In this document: positions 29,398-40,142 of the stretch, piece by piece
Position numbering within the stretch: the first letter of the stretch is position 1
How the letters are laid out: each line of letters starts with the position of its first letter
The notes under the pieces: model-generated
Database searches by the model: none
What the model was told of the DNA's origin: nothing
Seen by the model: only the letters and a program-made list of their open reading frames with translations
Made by a program: the position numbers and the translations under genes
Source of the DNA: Nitrospirota bacterium
GTDB lineage: Bacteria > Nitrospirota > Nitrospiria > Nitrospirales > NS-4
Direction: 5' to 3'
Assembly: GCA_963788195.1 (NCBI GenBank)
Contig: CAWBGA010000014.1
Location: 13,724 to 77,723, forward strand
Length of the DNA: 64,000 nucleotides

Positions 29398-30024
29398 ATG
29401 CCATCACAGCCTCTCATTGCTTGCCTCGACCTGGAAGGTGTCCTGGTCCCGGAGATCTGGATTACCGTCGCGGATCGGACGAAGATCCCGGAGCTTCGGT
29501 TGACCACGCGAGATGAGCCTGACTATGACGTCCTGATGAAAGGACGCCTGAAGCTCCTCGAGAAACACAGACTCACATTACAAGACCTGCAATCGGTGAT
29601 CGGTCAAATGGCGCCACTGGAGGGCGCCAAAGACTTTTTGGACTGGCTTCGTCATCACTGCCAAGTCGTTATCCTGTCGGATACATTCGAACAGTTCGCG
29701 ACGCCATTAATGAAGCAGCTCGACTATCCGACGATCTTTTGTAATTCGCTCGAGGTGGAACCGGACGGACGGATCACGAATTATCACCTGCGGCTAAAAG
29801 ACCAGAAGCGCGCCTCCGTGGAAGCCCTGAAAACCCTGAATTTTCGTGTGGTGGCCGCGGGCGACTCCTACAACGACACGAGCATGCTCATGGCGGCCGA
29901 CGCCGGAATTTTTTTCTGCCCACCGGCGGCCATCGCTGCGCAATTTCCGCAGTTCCCCGTGACGCGGTCCTACGGTGATCTGAAGGCGCAATTCACACGC
30001 CTCGGACCTCTCAACGACTCGTAA
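29398..30024 (+). CDS. thrH: Phosphoserine phosphatase / homoserine phosphotransferase
   Basis: ACLDLEGVLVPEIW, TTRDEPDYDVLM, GDSYNDTSML. Confidence 0.95.
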   Translation: MPSQPLIACLDLEGVLVPEIWITVADRTKIPELRLTTRDEPDYDVLMKGRLKLLEKHRLTLQDLQSVIGQMAPLEGAKDFLDWLRHHCQVVILSDTFEQFATPLMKQLDYPTIFCNSLEVEPDGRITNYHLRLKDQKRASVEALKTLNFRVVAAGDSYNDTSMLMAADAGIFFCPPAAIAAQFPQFPVTRSYGDLKAQFTRLGPLNDS

Positions 30025-30071
30025 TCCCCCGAAGCAAAGATGTACAATGACGGCGTCGTAATGACGACGTA

Positions 30072-30383
30072 ATGGAGGAAGTTATGATAAATACACGCTT
30101 GGCCACTGTGATCACAATTGCAGCGTTTTTAGTAGGATTCGCATTCGGTGGCGTATCGTTACGGTACGCTCAGGCACAGGGTCTGATGGGACTCTCAACA
30201 TCTGTCCAACAGATAGGTCACGCCCTTGTTGAGATGCAGAAGAACGTTGACGATCTGCAAAAGAACATGGGGACGGTCAAGCAGGCGAAAGATCAACTCA
30301 CCACCTTGGTGCCTCGTGGAGGAGACTCTGTCCCGAAGGACGGCGACTCTTTCAAGAAGATGATTCCTGGGATGGGCCAATAA
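30072..30383 (+). CDS. Hypothetical membrane-anchored coiled-coil protein
   Basis: N-terminal hydrophobic segment; RBS GGAGG before ATG 30084. Confidence 0.65.
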   Translation: MEEVMINTRLATVITIAAFLVGFAFGGVSLRYAQAQGLMGLSTSVQQIGHALVEMQKNVDDLQKNMGTVKQAKDQLTTLVPRGGDSVPKDGDSFKKMIPGMGQ

Positions 30384-30441
30384 AAGCCGGATGTAGGAAT
30401 GAAGGTTCAGGAAAACAGAGTCTCAGAATAAGGAGGCACAT

Positions 30442-31362
30442 ATGAGCCCCAAAGTATTGATGTCACTCGCGCTGGTTACCAGCCTCGCAGGCTGCACCTC
30501 CGTGGACAAGGCGGATTGGCAAAGCAAGGCGGCGAGGGAGTTCGACACCCAGAAGCAAGGCGTGTGTTGTTTCGTGGGGATGAAGTATCTGCCTGATGAA
30601 AGCAAACCGAAAACCGACACGGAGAAAGCCGAGCTGATCGCTCAAATTGATGCATTAAAAGCGGCCTTGGCTGCGAAGGAAAGGGAGGGAATGAATTTAG
30701 CCGCAGCTGATCTTGCGGCCAAGGATAAGGAGCGCGCGGAGTTAGCGCTGCAACTGCAGACCTTGAAGGCAAACGCCGCGGGCACCGGCAATGACAAGAG
30801 CGACTTGGCGCGGCAGCTCGAGGCGTCGAGAACAACCCTGACGGTCACCGGGGAAGAGAAAAGTAACCTGGCGCGGCAGCTCGCCGCTGCCCAAGCCGAC
30901 CTGGACGCCAAAGAAAACGAGCGGGCGGAGTTCGCACGACAATTGGAGGCACTGAAGGCTCAGCCCACGACGGCGCCGGCGGCGAAGGTGGTGTTGAAAG
31001 AACAGGAGTTGTTTGATTCAGGGTCTGCCTCCCTAAAGCCTGAGGGGATCAAGGTCGTAAAGAAGCTTGCCGAGACGTTGAAAGACTATCCCGACACTGT
31101 GATCCGCTCGGAAGGCCATACCGATGACAGGCCGATTAGCACCGGACGCTTCCCCTCAAACTGGGAGCTTTCATCCGCTCGTGCAACAGAAGTGGTCCGC
31201 AGCCTGCAGAAGCAGGGCATCAGTCCTGAGCGACTCATCGCGATCGGATACGGCGAGACCCGTCCTGCCGTGCCCAATGCCGATGCCGAATCAAGAGCCA
31301 AAAATCGTCGGGTTGAAATCATCGTGGTGCCTGCCCCTGCCGCGATGGCTGGCATTCCATAG
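30442..31362 (+). CDS. OmpA/MotB-family lipoprotein with coiled-coil linker
   Basis: Lipobox LAGC; EGHTDD...SNWELSSARA...GYGE...NRRVEI. Confidence 0.9.
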   Translation: MSPKVLMSLALVTSLAGCTSVDKADWQSKAAREFDTQKQGVCCFVGMKYLPDESKPKTDTEKAELIAQIDALKAALAAKEREGMNLAAADLAAKDKERAELALQLQTLKANAAGTGNDKSDLARQLEASRTTLTVTGEEKSNLARQLAAAQADLDAKENERAEFARQLEALKAQPTTAPAAKVVLKEQELFDSGSASLKPEGIKVVKKLAETLKDYPDTVIRSEGHTDDRPISTGRFPSNWELSSARATEVVRSLQKQGISPERLIAIGYGETRPAVPNADAESRAKNRRVEIIVVPAPAAMAGIP

Positions 31363-31376
31363 CTTCCTTTTCAACG

Positions 31377-31404
31377 GCCCCGCCTTCTTTGAAGAAGGCG
31401 GGGC
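31377..31404. terminator. Hairpin between convergent ompA/motB-like and mscL genes
   Basis: GCCCCGCCTTCT-TTGA-AGAAGGCGGGGC perfect 12-bp stem. Confidence 0.6.
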
Positions 31405-31439
31405 ATCTGCCATAGCGTGTGCCACCCGTCCTATTCAGC

Positions 31440-31877
31440 TCACGCCGCTTTCAGGTCAGATGTGCACTGTGGGCACCGTTTCGCTCTAATAGGAATCATC
31501 ATGGCGCACTGAGGGCATTCCCTCGTGGTCGGCGCAGGCGCTTCTTCCTGCCGCTTGAACCTGTTGATTTGCCGCACCAGCAGGAAAATCACGAAGGCGA
31601 CGATGACAAAATCAATCACGGTGTTAAAAAAGACCCCGTAATTAATGGTAGCTGCCCCTGCCGCCTTGGCCTCAGCGAGGGTGGCTACGGGCTTGTCGGA
31701 CAAGTTTATAAAAAGGTCGGCAAAATTCACCCTTCCGAGTAGCAAGCCTATGGGCGGCATCAGGATGTCGCTCACGAACGATGAGATAATCTTCCCGAAC
31801 GCGGCTCCGATGATGATCCCGATCGCCATATCGAGCACGTTTCCCCGCATCGCGAACTCTTTAAACTCCTTCAGCAT
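31440..31877 (-). CDS. mscL: Large-conductance mechanosensitive channel with C-terminal CxxC...CxxC motif
   Basis: [30 protein letters not shown]. Confidence 0.97.
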   Translation of the reverse strand: MLKEFKEFAMRGNVLDMAIGIIIGAAFGKIISSFVSDILMPPIGLLLGRVNFADLFINLSDKPVATLAEAKAAGAATINYGVFFNTVIDFVIVAFVIFLLVRQINRFKRQEEAPAPTTRECPQCAMMIPIRAKRCPQCTSDLKAA

Positions 31878-32025
31878 ATGCAGCCTCCTTTGTATGGCTC
31901 ACAAGGGACCCGCCGGGCTGAGCGAAAGAAACCACTAATGCCCGGCTCTTCAAGAACATGGAGAAAGACTTTTGACTGCGGACCTTACACGGCATATATT
32001 CTGCCGTCAACGATAGGAGGCCGCC

Positions 32026-33666
32026 ATGAAGAAAATCTTTGTAGGAATCGGAATCCTGCTCGTCCTCCTGCTTGTGCTTATCCTTCTCTTGCCGTTCATC
32101 GTAGATCTCAACTCATACCAGGCACAATACCGGCCGGTCATTGAGGAAGCCCTGAACCGCAAGGTGACGCTGAAGGACATCCGCCTCACGATCATTCCGC
32201 GCATTGGCGTGCGCATCGCGGGGTTCACCGTCATGGATGACCCGGCCTTCGGCGCGCAACCCTTCGCATCGCTCTCATCGCTCGATATCGGCGTCAAGCT
32301 CCTGCCCCTGCTGCAAAAGCGGGTGGAAGTTGAAGAGATCACACTTCGCGACCCGGTCATCACCGTGATCAAAAACTCTCACGGCGTCCTGAATACCGCG
32401 ACCTTAGGGAAAAAGGGCCCGCCGAAACCGGAAGAGCCGGTCGAAGAATCAACTGAAGGCCCTCTCCATGTCTTGACGATGCTGGCCGTGGATCAGGTTT
32501 CAATCACGGGAGGTAAGCTCAGTTACAGCGATCAGTCCTCGCCCAAGCCTGCGGACTACGTCTTGGAGAAGCTGCAATTTTTACTCAACGGCGTCGGTCT
32601 TGGCCGGACCCCCACACTGCACATGGCCACCACCATTCAGCCGTTCAACCTTCCACTAAGCATTGACGGCAAGTTCGGGCCGCTCAAAGAGACACTGGAT
32701 CTCGAGACGATTGACCTGGCGATCGCACTGGGGAAAATCGGTTTGGCCGTCAGAGGAAGCAAGATCGGCGGAAATATGAAACTTGCCATCACATCCCCGG
32801 CCATCAATACCGCCGATCTTCCAATGGCAGTGGCGCTGAAGAAGCCCGTCGAGGTCAAGGACCTGAAGATCGCCACGGAGGTGCGCGGTCCGCACACGAA
32901 GCTTGAGAATCTCTCCCTGAGTATGTTCGGGGGTACCCTGGCGGCACAGGGCGACTTGACTACAGGGCCGAAGGCGCCGCCCTTCGACGGCAAGGTCGCT
33001 CTCCAGGGAGTCCAACTCGGCCCCATCATGGAGGCTGTCGGAACGGAAAAAGTTTCGATCAGTGGCACTGCCGCCATGGAACTAGACGTGCGCGGCGCGG
33101 GCTTTTCAATGCCCGAGCTCACGGAGGCGCTTCAGGGGTCCGGGCATCTTGCGGTGAAAGACGGCAAGATCGAGGGTGTGAATCTGCTCAAGGAAGCCTT
33201 TGCGCTCCTCAAAGCGATCGGCATCAAGCAGGACCTTGCAAACGCCACCGTGTTTTCCACGATCGAATCCAATGTGGCGATCAAGCGAGGGATCATCACG
33301 GTGGAGCGCTTGCTCATGGACAGCCATGACTTCCAAGCAACTGCCAACGGCACAGTGGGGTTTGATAAGGTTCTCAATCTGAAAGCCAATCTCAACCTGT
33401 CGGAAGCGATCAGCCAGAGCATCGCCGGAAGCTCTCCAATGGCCAAAATGGCAATGACAGGAGGCCGAATCAGCGTGCCGATGGTGATCACTGGAACCGC
33501 GCAAGCGCCGTCATATTCGCTCGACACGAAGGCCCTGGGCTCTAAAGCCCAGGAACAGATCAAGGAACAGGTCAAAGAGAAGGCGGCCGAATTCCTGAAG
33601 GGTAAAGACGGCGGCGGCGCGGTCGAGAAGGGTCAGGATACGTTGAAGAAATTATTCGGGCAATAG
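32026..33666 (+). CDS. AsmA-family protein
   Basis: N-terminal TM then VDLNSY...EEALNRKVTL; AsmA-like C-terminal region. Confidence 0.85.
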   Translation: MKKIFVGIGILLVLLLVLILLLPFIVDLNSYQAQYRPVIEEALNRKVTLKDIRLTIIPRIGVRIAGFTVMDDPAFGAQPFASLSSLDIGVKLLPLLQKRVEVEEITLRDPVITVIKNSHGVLNTATLGKKGPPKPEEPVEESTEGPLHVLTMLAVDQVSITGGKLSYSDQSSPKPADYVLEKLQFLLNGVGLGRTPTLHMATTIQPFNLPLSIDGKFGPLKETLDLETIDLAIALGKIGLAVRGSKIGGNMKLAITSPAINTADLPMAVALKKPVEVKDLKIATEVRGPHTKLENLSLSMFGGTLAAQGDLTTGPKAPPFDGKVALQGVQLGPIMEAVGTEKVSISGTAAMELDVRGAGFSMPELTEALQGSGHLAVKDGKIEGVNLLKEAFALLKAIGIKQDLANATVFSTIESNVAIKRGIITVERLLMDSHDFQATANGTVGFDKVLNLKANLNLSEAISQSIAGSSPMAKMAMTGGRISVPMVITGTAQAPSYSLDTKALGSKAQEQIKEQVKEKAAEFLKGKDGGGAVEKGQDTLKKLFGQ

Positions 33667-33689
33667 AGCTGAGGAGAAAGGAATTTCCT

Positions 33690-34505
33690 ATGCCAACTAT
33701 TCCAATTGACCTCGTGATCAGGTACGGACTGCAGATTCTCGGCGCGATCGCCATCCTCGCGGTTGGCTTCTTGTTGGCGAAATGGGCCGGCAACTTGGCC
33801 TACAAAGCACTCCTGAAGCAGGAAATGGAGCCGCCCGTCCGGCTCCTGCTTGTCCGGGCCATCAAAATTATCGTGCTGGCCTTCATGCTGGTGGTGGCGC
33901 TGGGCCAGTTCGGCGTGCAGGTGGCACCGCTGATCGCCGGGATTGGCGTCGCCGGTATAGGCATCGGCATTGCGCTCCAAGGTGTTCTTAGGAACGTGAT
34001 GGCGGGACTTTCCATCATCTTCACGAAGCCCTTCCTGGTCGGGGAGTACATCGAGCTCGTCGGTGTTTATGGCCAGGTGACCACGATTGATATCTTTTCC
34101 ACCACGTTGACGCACGCGGACCGGTCCCGGGTCGTCATTCCAAATCACAAGATCGTTGGCGAGATCCTGCACAACTACGGGACGATGCGGCAGCTCAACC
34201 TCACGGTCGCGGTCGGATACGGCACAGACTTAAACGACGCACTCGCAATCGTGAAGGACGTGCTCCAGAAGAATTCTCACGTGTTGAAACAGCCGGCGGC
34301 CGCCGTGGGAATTTCCCAACTGGCGGACTCCTCAATCCAAATTTCGATCGGGCCGTGGGTGAAAGTGGACGACTTCGCCTCGACCCCGGGAGAACTTTAC
34401 CAGGCGATTGTGGAGCGCTATCGTGCCCGGCGCATTGACATCCCCTTGCCGCAGCGGGAAGTGCGTTTATTGAACGAGTCCTTCACCGGCGCGCAAGTGG
34501 CGTAG
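33690..34505 (+). CDS. mscS: Small-conductance mechanosensitive channel
   Basis: GIGIALQGVLRNVMAG, KPFLVGEYI, VVIPN, IDIPLPQREV. Confidence 0.9.
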   Translation: MPTIPIDLVIRYGLQILGAIAILAVGFLLAKWAGNLAYKALLKQEMEPPVRLLLVRAIKIIVLAFMLVVALGQFGVQVAPLIAGIGVAGIGIGIALQGVLRNVMAGLSIIFTKPFLVGEYIELVGVYGQVTTIDIFSTTLTHADRSRVVIPNHKIVGEILHNYGTMRQLNLTVAVGYGTDLNDALAIVKDVLQKNSHVLKQPAAAVGISQLADSSIQISIGPWVKVDDFASTPGELYQAIVERYRARRIDIPLPQREVRLLNESFTGAQVA

Positions 34506-35447
34506 GCTCCTTAAACCACTAATGATCTCTTCCATATCGGGAGGAGGCGGGACGGAATATTCCAGATATACTCCGGTCAGGGGATGGGTGAATCCCAACG
34601 TCCTGGCATGCAACATCGGTCGTTCGATGGCCTGATCATTTATGAGGCAGACTTTCTTTCCTCCATAGGCTTCATCGCCCAGGACGGGGTGTCCAATCGA
34701 AGCCAGATGTACGCGAATTTGATGGGTACGGCCTGTCTGGGGGTGAACTTCCACTAATGTCGCGTTCTTGCCGAAGCGCTCCATCACCTGAAATTCGGTG
34801 ACTGCCTCACGAGGGGATGTGGTGCGCGCCGAAATCTTCTGACGGTTCTTGGTGTCGCGGCCGATGGCGAGCTCGACCCGCCCTTTTGGTCCCTTCACAG
34901 TGCCGGCGATCACCGCCATATACACACGGCAGATCGTGTGCTCTTTAAATTGCCGGGAAAGCCCCCGATGGGCGGTGTCTGTCTTTGCAATGGCCATGAC
35001 TCCGCTCGTTCCCTTGTCCAAACGATGGACCAGCCCCGGTCGCTCACGGCCCCCGATACTGGAGAGGCACCCTCCCTCAGAGCCTTGCTGAAGATGATGC
35101 AACAGAGCGTTGATGAGCGTGCCGCGCCAGTGGCCGGGAGCGGGATGCACCACGATCCCTGCGGGTTTATTCAGGACTAACAGCGATTCATCCTCAAAGA
35201 GAACCTCCAAAGGGATCGGTTCACCTTCGATCTCGAGCGGAGCGGGCTTGGGAATATCCCAAACGATCTCGTCGCCGGGATGTATTTTCATCGACGGTTT
35301 GGGGCGTTTGCCGTTGACCATCACGGCGCCGTTCTCAATGAGGCGCTGGACGCCCGCGCGGGACAGGCCCGAGGTGTGTGTGCTGAGAAACAGATCGATG
35401 CGTTTGGGGTGTTCGCCGGCGGAAACAGTCAGAACCTGGTTAATCAC
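34467..35447 (-). CDS. rluD: RluA/RluD pseudouridine synthase
   Basis: S4 domain, NKPAGIVVHP, VHRLDKGTSG, TGRTHQIRVH. Confidence 0.92.
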   Translation of the reverse strand: MINQVLTVSAGEHPKRIDLFLSTHTSGLSRAGVQRLIENGAVMVNGKRPKPSMKIHPGDEIVWDIPKPAPLEIEGEPIPLEVLFEDESLLVLNKPAGIVVHPAPGHWRGTLINALLHHLQQGSEGGCLSSIGGRERPGLVHRLDKGTSGVMAIAKTDTAHRGLSRQFKEHTICRVYMAVIAGTVKGPKGRVELAIGRDTKNRQKISARTTSPREAVTEFQVMERFGKNATLVEVHPQTGRTHQIRVHLASIGHPVLGDEAYGGKKVCLINDQAIERPMLHARTLGFTHPLTGVYLEYSVPPPPDMEEIISGLRSLRHLRAGEGLVQ

Positions 35448-35466
35448 CTCCGCGGCGCCGGGTCAC

Positions 35467-36012
35467 TCAGGACGCGCGGGTATCCGCGGAGACGTCGGCA
35501 TCTTGGAGGAAGAAATGCCCGATGAGAAGGCCGACGCCGATGGTGATGGCGCTATCGGCGACGTTAAACGCGGGCCAGTGGTACCCGGCGATGGAGAGAT
35601 CCAGAAAATCGATGACCTCTCCGATCCGCACCCGATCAATCAGATTGCCGAGAGCCCCGCCGAAGATCAAGGCCACGCTCGCTTGTCCCATTCTGTCCCC
35701 CGGCGAGAGACGCGCATAGATCGTTCCCAAAAGGAATAGGGCGAGGATCGATGTCACGCCGAAGAACACCATCCGAAAGCCCGGGTGGCTGCCCGACAGG
35801 ATGCCAAAGGCGGCGCCGGAATTCCGGATATACGTCAGGTGAAAGAAATCCGGGACGATGGAGATCGAATCATGTAAGCGCATTCCCCCCGCCACCTGCC
35901 ATTTCGTGAACTGGTCCAACGCAACAACCATTGACACGATAATGCTCATCAGTCCGAATTGCCGTTGCTCCGGCAAAGACCCCTGCGCCAAACAGGTTTT
36001 TTCAGGCAGCAT
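35467..36012 (-). CDS. lspA: Lipoprotein signal peptidase
   Basis: DQFTK, NSGAAFG, GALGNLIDR, VIDF, FNVADSAI. Confidence 0.95.
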   Translation of the reverse strand: MLPEKTCLAQGSLPEQRQFGLMSIIVSMVVALDQFTKWQVAGGMRLHDSISIVPDFFHLTYIRNSGAAFGILSGSHPGFRMVFFGVTSILALFLLGTIYARLSPGDRMGQASVALIFGGALGNLIDRVRIGEVIDFLDLSIAGYHWPAFNVADSAITIGVGLLIGHFFLQDADVSADTRAS

Positions 36013-38809
36013 TTTCAGCAACTGCCTCGCAGCAAGCATCACACAGTGTGGGATGGGCCGGGTTGTCACCCACTGAGGTGCTGTATTTCCAGCAGCGTTC
36101 GCACTTTATACCGTCGGCTTTCACGACTTGAACCTTGAAGTCAGGGGGTAACGTCAAGTGATGCACCTCATTCAATTCAACCTGCGACACGATGAACAGC
36201 CCAGGAAGGTCAGATTCATAAGGCTTGAGAAATTTGAATCTCTCTGGATTGGCCTCAATGATGACCTTCGCTTCCAGCGGCGCTCCGATAATCTTCTCGC
36301 GACGCTGCACCTCCAGCGCGGCTTGGACTTCGGTGCGCACGACGAGCAGTTGCTCCCAGCGCCCTTCCAGCCCCGGGTCCCGCCGCCCAGGATCGGGCTT
36401 GGGCAGCGGCGTAAGGTGAACGCTTCCGCCCCCGCGTTGTGTTTCGGGAATCACCTGCCAGATCTCCTCGGAGGTGAACGCCAATATGGGCGCCATCACC
36501 TGTGTCACTGCGGTCAGGATGTCGAACAGAACAGTCTGGGACCCGCGCCGCAGAGTCGAATTCTTGCCAAACGTATACAGGCGGTCCTTCAGAATATCAA
36601 AATAGGTGGCGCTCATCTGGACCGAGCAGAAGTTATTGAGCTCATGAAAAATTACATGAAATTCAAAGTCCTCATAGGCTCGCCTTACGCGCTCGATGAG
36701 ATGGTCGAGCTGTATCAGCGCCCACCGGTCAAGCTCCGGCAATCGCTCATACGACACGCGATTCACCGCCGGGTCGAAATCGTACAGGTTGCTCAACATG
36801 AACCGGCAGGTATTTCGAATCTTGCGATACGAGTCAATCAGATGGGCCAGTATCGCGGGTGAGATGCGCAGGTCCTCACGATAATCCTGCGCCGCGACCC
36901 AGAGGCGCAGGATCTCGGCGCCGTACTGTTTGATGACTTCCTGGGGCGCCACGACATTGCCCGCCGATTTCGACATCTTCTTTCCGTCTCCGTCAACGAC
37001 AAAGCCATGCGTGAGAACCGCTTTGTATGGCGCACGCTCGTCGGTGACGACGCCGGCGAGTAATGAGCTGTGGAACCAGCCGCGGTGTTGATCGGATCCT
37101 TCCAAATACAGATTCGCCGGCCACCATTGCCTGGGCTTCAATACGGCGGCATAGCTCACGCCAGACTCAAACCACACATCCAGGATGTCATTCTCTTTTT
37201 CAAATGCACCTCCACCGCACCCGCACTTCGTACCAGGCGGCAACAATTCATCAGGGGTTTTTTCAAACCAAACTTCCGCGCCTGCCTTCTCCACAAGCAT
37301 CGCGATATGCTCAATGACCAGGGGATCTTTGAGGATGGTCCCGCAAGCCGTACAGATGAACGCCGGGATCGGAGTCCCCCATGACCGCTGGCGTGAAAGA
37401 CACCAGTCCGGCCGGTTGACGATCATCCCATGGATTCGGTCTCGTCCCCATGCCGGTATCCACTTCACCTGCTCATCTATTGCATGAAGCGCTCTCCGGC
37501 GCAACTCATTCTTCTCCATCGAAACAAACCACTGCTCCGTCGCCCGAAAGATCACCGGATTCTTGCAGCGCCAGCAATGCGGGTAGGAATGCGTCAGCTT
37601 GCCTTCGCCGAGAAGGAAGCTTCGTTCTTTTAGTCGCTCAATGATAGCCGGATTTGCCTTAAAGACGTTCTGACCGGACCATTCCGGAACTGCGTCAGTA
37701 AAGCGCCCCTGATCATCCACGGGGGCGAAGACAGCCAGCTGTTCCTGTTTGGGCAGCAACGGGTTATTTTCGAGGGCCAGAATGTAATCCTCCTGCCCAT
37801 GCCCCGGAGCGATATGGACACTCCCCGTCCCCTGATCCACGGTGACAAAATCCGCGGCAAGTATTGGAGACAAACCATCTGATAATGGCCGGGTACAAAA
37901 AAGCCTGCGTGAGACAATAGCAGCCCCTGGTTGTGTAAAAAGAATCTTATAGTCTGATAGCTCACACGCTTTCGTAAACGACGCCACCAATTTTTCGGCG
38001 ACGATGTATACGTCCTCACCGTTTTGTACGAAGGCATACTCAAGCTCAGGATGAATAGCGACGGCCTGGTTCGCCGGCAGAGTCCAGGGAGTCGTGGTCC
38101 AAACCACCATTGAGACGCGTTTGACACCCTGCCCGCCGGCGCCCATGTCTTCTGGAGGATCCACCAGCGGGAACTTTACATAGATCGACGGCGAGGTATG
38201 GTCTTCGTACTCGACCTCCGCTTCGGCGAGCGCAGTCTCATCCACGAAACACCACAAGACCGGCTTCAAGCCCTTGTACACACCACCTGTCTCAACGAAC
38301 TTTCCGAACTCCCGAAGGATCGTCGCCTCGTACGCAGGATTCATCGTCAGATAGGGATGCTCCCAGTCACCGAAGACTCCCAACCGGCGGAACTCGTCTC
38401 GCTGAATCAGATAAAACTTTTCGGCATACTCCCGGCACCGCTTGCGGATCTCAACCTTAGTGAGCGACTTCTTTTTCTCGCCGAGATCCTTCAAGACCTG
38501 ATGTTCAATGGGCAGCCCATGGCAATCCCATCCCGGCACATACGGGGCGTGGAAGCCCTCCATCGTTTTCGATTTGACGATAATGTCTTTCAGAATCTTG
38601 TTCAGCGCGTGCCCAATATGGATGCGCCCGTTGGCGTAAGGAGGTCCGTCATGCAGGATGTAGAGAGGATGCCCATGGCGCGCTTCCTGGATGTGGACAT
38701 AGAGCCCGTCTTGCTCCCATTTCGCGAGCATTTTGGGCTCCCGCTCGGGCAGATTGGCCTTCATCGGAAAGCTGGTCTGCGGCAGATTGAGCGTGGCTTT
38801 GTAATCCAT
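36002..38809 (-). CDS. ileS: Isoleucine--tRNA ligase
   Basis: MDYKATLNLP start, HIGH, KMSKS, C-terminal CERCW...CDAC zinc finger. Confidence 0.98.
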   Translation of the reverse strand: MDYKATLNLPQTSFPMKANLPEREPKMLAKWEQDGLYVHIQEARHGHPLYILHDGPPYANGRIHIGHALNKILKDIIVKSKTMEGFHAPYVPGWDCHGLPIEHQVLKDLGEKKKSLTKVEIRKRCREYAEKFYLIQRDEFRRLGVFGDWEHPYLTMNPAYEATILREFGKFVETGGVYKGLKPVLWCFVDETALAEAEVEYEDHTSPSIYVKFPLVDPPEDMGAGGQGVKRVSMVVWTTTPWTLPANQAVAIHPELEYAFVQNGEDVYIVAEKLVASFTKACELSDYKILFTQPGAAIVSRRLFCTRPLSDGLSPILAADFVTVDQGTGSVHIAPGHGQEDYILALENNPLLPKQEQLAVFAPVDDQGRFTDAVPEWSGQNVFKANPAIIERLKERSFLLGEGKLTHSYPHCWRCKNPVIFRATEQWFVSMEKNELRRRALHAIDEQVKWIPAWGRDRIHGMIVNRPDWCLSRQRSWGTPIPAFICTACGTILKDPLVIEHIAMLVEKAGAEVWFEKTPDELLPPGTKCGCGGGAFEKENDILDVWFESGVSYAAVLKPRQWWPANLYLEGSDQHRGWFHSSLLAGVVTDERAPYKAVLTHGFVVDGDGKKMSKSAGNVVAPQEVIKQYGAEILRLWVAAQDYREDLRISPAILAHLIDSYRKIRNTCRFMLSNLYDFDPAVNRVSYERLPELDRWALIQLDHLIERVRRAYEDFEFHVIFHELNNFCSVQMSATYFDILKDRLYTFGKNSTLRRGSQTVLFDILTAVTQVMAPILAFTSEEIWQVIPETQRGGGSVHLTPLPKPDPGRRDPGLEGRWEQLLVVRTEVQAALEVQRREKIIGAPLEAKVIIEANPERFKFLKPYESDLPGLFIVSQVELNEVHHLTLPPDFKVQVVKADGIKCERCWKYSTSVGDNPAHPTLCDACCEAVAENAA

Positions 38810-38982
38810 GAATACGTTTTTCCCAAGAATCGTTGATTTTATATTCTTTTCCGTCGCCAAGCAACCCAGCACGACATGCTCTGTTTGCGACGGCTCGGGC
38901 GATTTCGTAATTGAAAAATCTGTCCCGGATTTTATTATCCCCTGGCTGGCACGTCCAAGGCGCAGTGTGTTAGCGTAGGCGC

Positions 38983-39552
38983 ATGGCATCTGCGCCGGTC
39001 TCGGAAATCCTCGCTCCCAACACTCAAACCCTTGGTAATGCCAAAGCTCCTGTTCTCGTCGTGGAGTTCTCCGACTTTACGTGCGGTTATTGTGGAAAGT
39101 TCTATCGGGAGACATTGCCTCAGATGAAGTCTCAGTATCTGGATACAGGGAAGGCGCGCTTTGCCTACCGCGACTATCCTCGGGACGAGAAAGGATGGGG
39201 TCTGGTTTCTGCCCATGCGGCCCGCTGCGCGGGAGAGCAAGGCCAGTACTGGGCGATGCACGACCGGCTCTTCGATCAAGCCGGCCGGCTTGGCACAGGC
39301 GAGATTATGCGGATCGCCAAAGATTTGCGCCTCAAGCAGGAGTTGTTTGGAACCTGCATGGACTCACAAAGACATGTCGACGCGATCATGGCCGACAAAG
39401 AACTCGGGGAGCGCCTGGGATTTCGCGGGACCCCCGGCTTCCTGATCGTCAGAATGAGCGGCGACCGTTTTACCGATGCGGTGAGAATACCAGGCGCCGC
39501 GTCCTACGAAGTCTTCGCGCAGCAGATCGAGAAGTTACTAAAGAAAAGCTGA
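38983..39552 (+). CDS. DsbA/thioredoxin-like protein
   Basis: EFSDFTCGYCGKF, RDYP, GTPGF; N-terminal signal may be missing or frameshifted. Confidence 0.88.
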   Translation: MASAPVSEILAPNTQTLGNAKAPVLVVEFSDFTCGYCGKFYRETLPQMKSQYLDTGKARFAYRDYPRDEKGWGLVSAHAARCAGEQGQYWAMHDRLFDQAGRLGTGEIMRIAKDLRLKQELFGTCMDSQRHVDAIMADKELGERLGFRGTPGFLIVRMSGDRFTDAVRIPGAASYEVFAQQIEKLLKKS

Positions 39553-39734
39553 CGGCTTCGTCTTCCATTCCCGCTCGGCCCGATGCCTTATATTGTCATC
39601 TTGAACTTTTTGTCCCTAACACGTAGCAACACAGTAAATTTTGTTGTGGCTCCGTACCTACAGGCTCGCCTCACACGGGCCACCCGTTTCTGAACATCCT
39701 GTCGGCGCCGCCGTCGAATACCTTCTATTAGTAA

Positions 39735-40142
39735 TCACGGCGCTTGGGGAAACAGTCGGAGAAAATCCGCAAGTCGAATAATGGGTATCTCCTGAAATTT
39801 CTTCAGTTTCAGGAGATGACGGTCGCCCGTCACGACGAGGTCTGCTTCGGCCTCCACCGCACACTCAAGGATCCGATTATCCGGCGCATCGATGAGGACC
39901 GTAATTTTGTGACTTGGCTTCACTAAAATCACCGCCCGGCTGATGATTTGCAGCGAGGCCTTGATGTCCTCGTCGGGTTGTTCGAACTTCGCCCATAGCG
40001 TCTTCGCAGTCTCGGTCAAAATCGAAACCGAACTGCAGAGATCGAACAACCCTCTACGGCCAAGGAGAAAGGCTTGTTCCCCTTGGCTGCCTGGCAGGAT
40101 GAATGCGGAGATGAAGACATTGGTATCAAAGACCACTTTCAT
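39735..40142 (-). CDS. PIN-domain toxin (type II TA)
   Basis: MKVVFDTNVFISA, DNRILECA, VTGDRHLL. Confidence 0.92.
   Translation of the reverse strand: MKVVFDTNVFISAFILPGSQGEQAFLLGRRGLFDLCSSVSILTETAKTLWAKFEQPDEDIKASLQIISRAVILVKPSHKITVLIDAPDNRILECAVEAEADLVVTGDRHLLKLKKFQEIPIIRLADFLRLFPQAP

Noticed and set aside
39660..39705. GCCACCCG and TCCTGTC motifs near the PIN gene
   Set aside because: Short matches in the wrong order and without the stem architecture; not enough to call a repeat unit.
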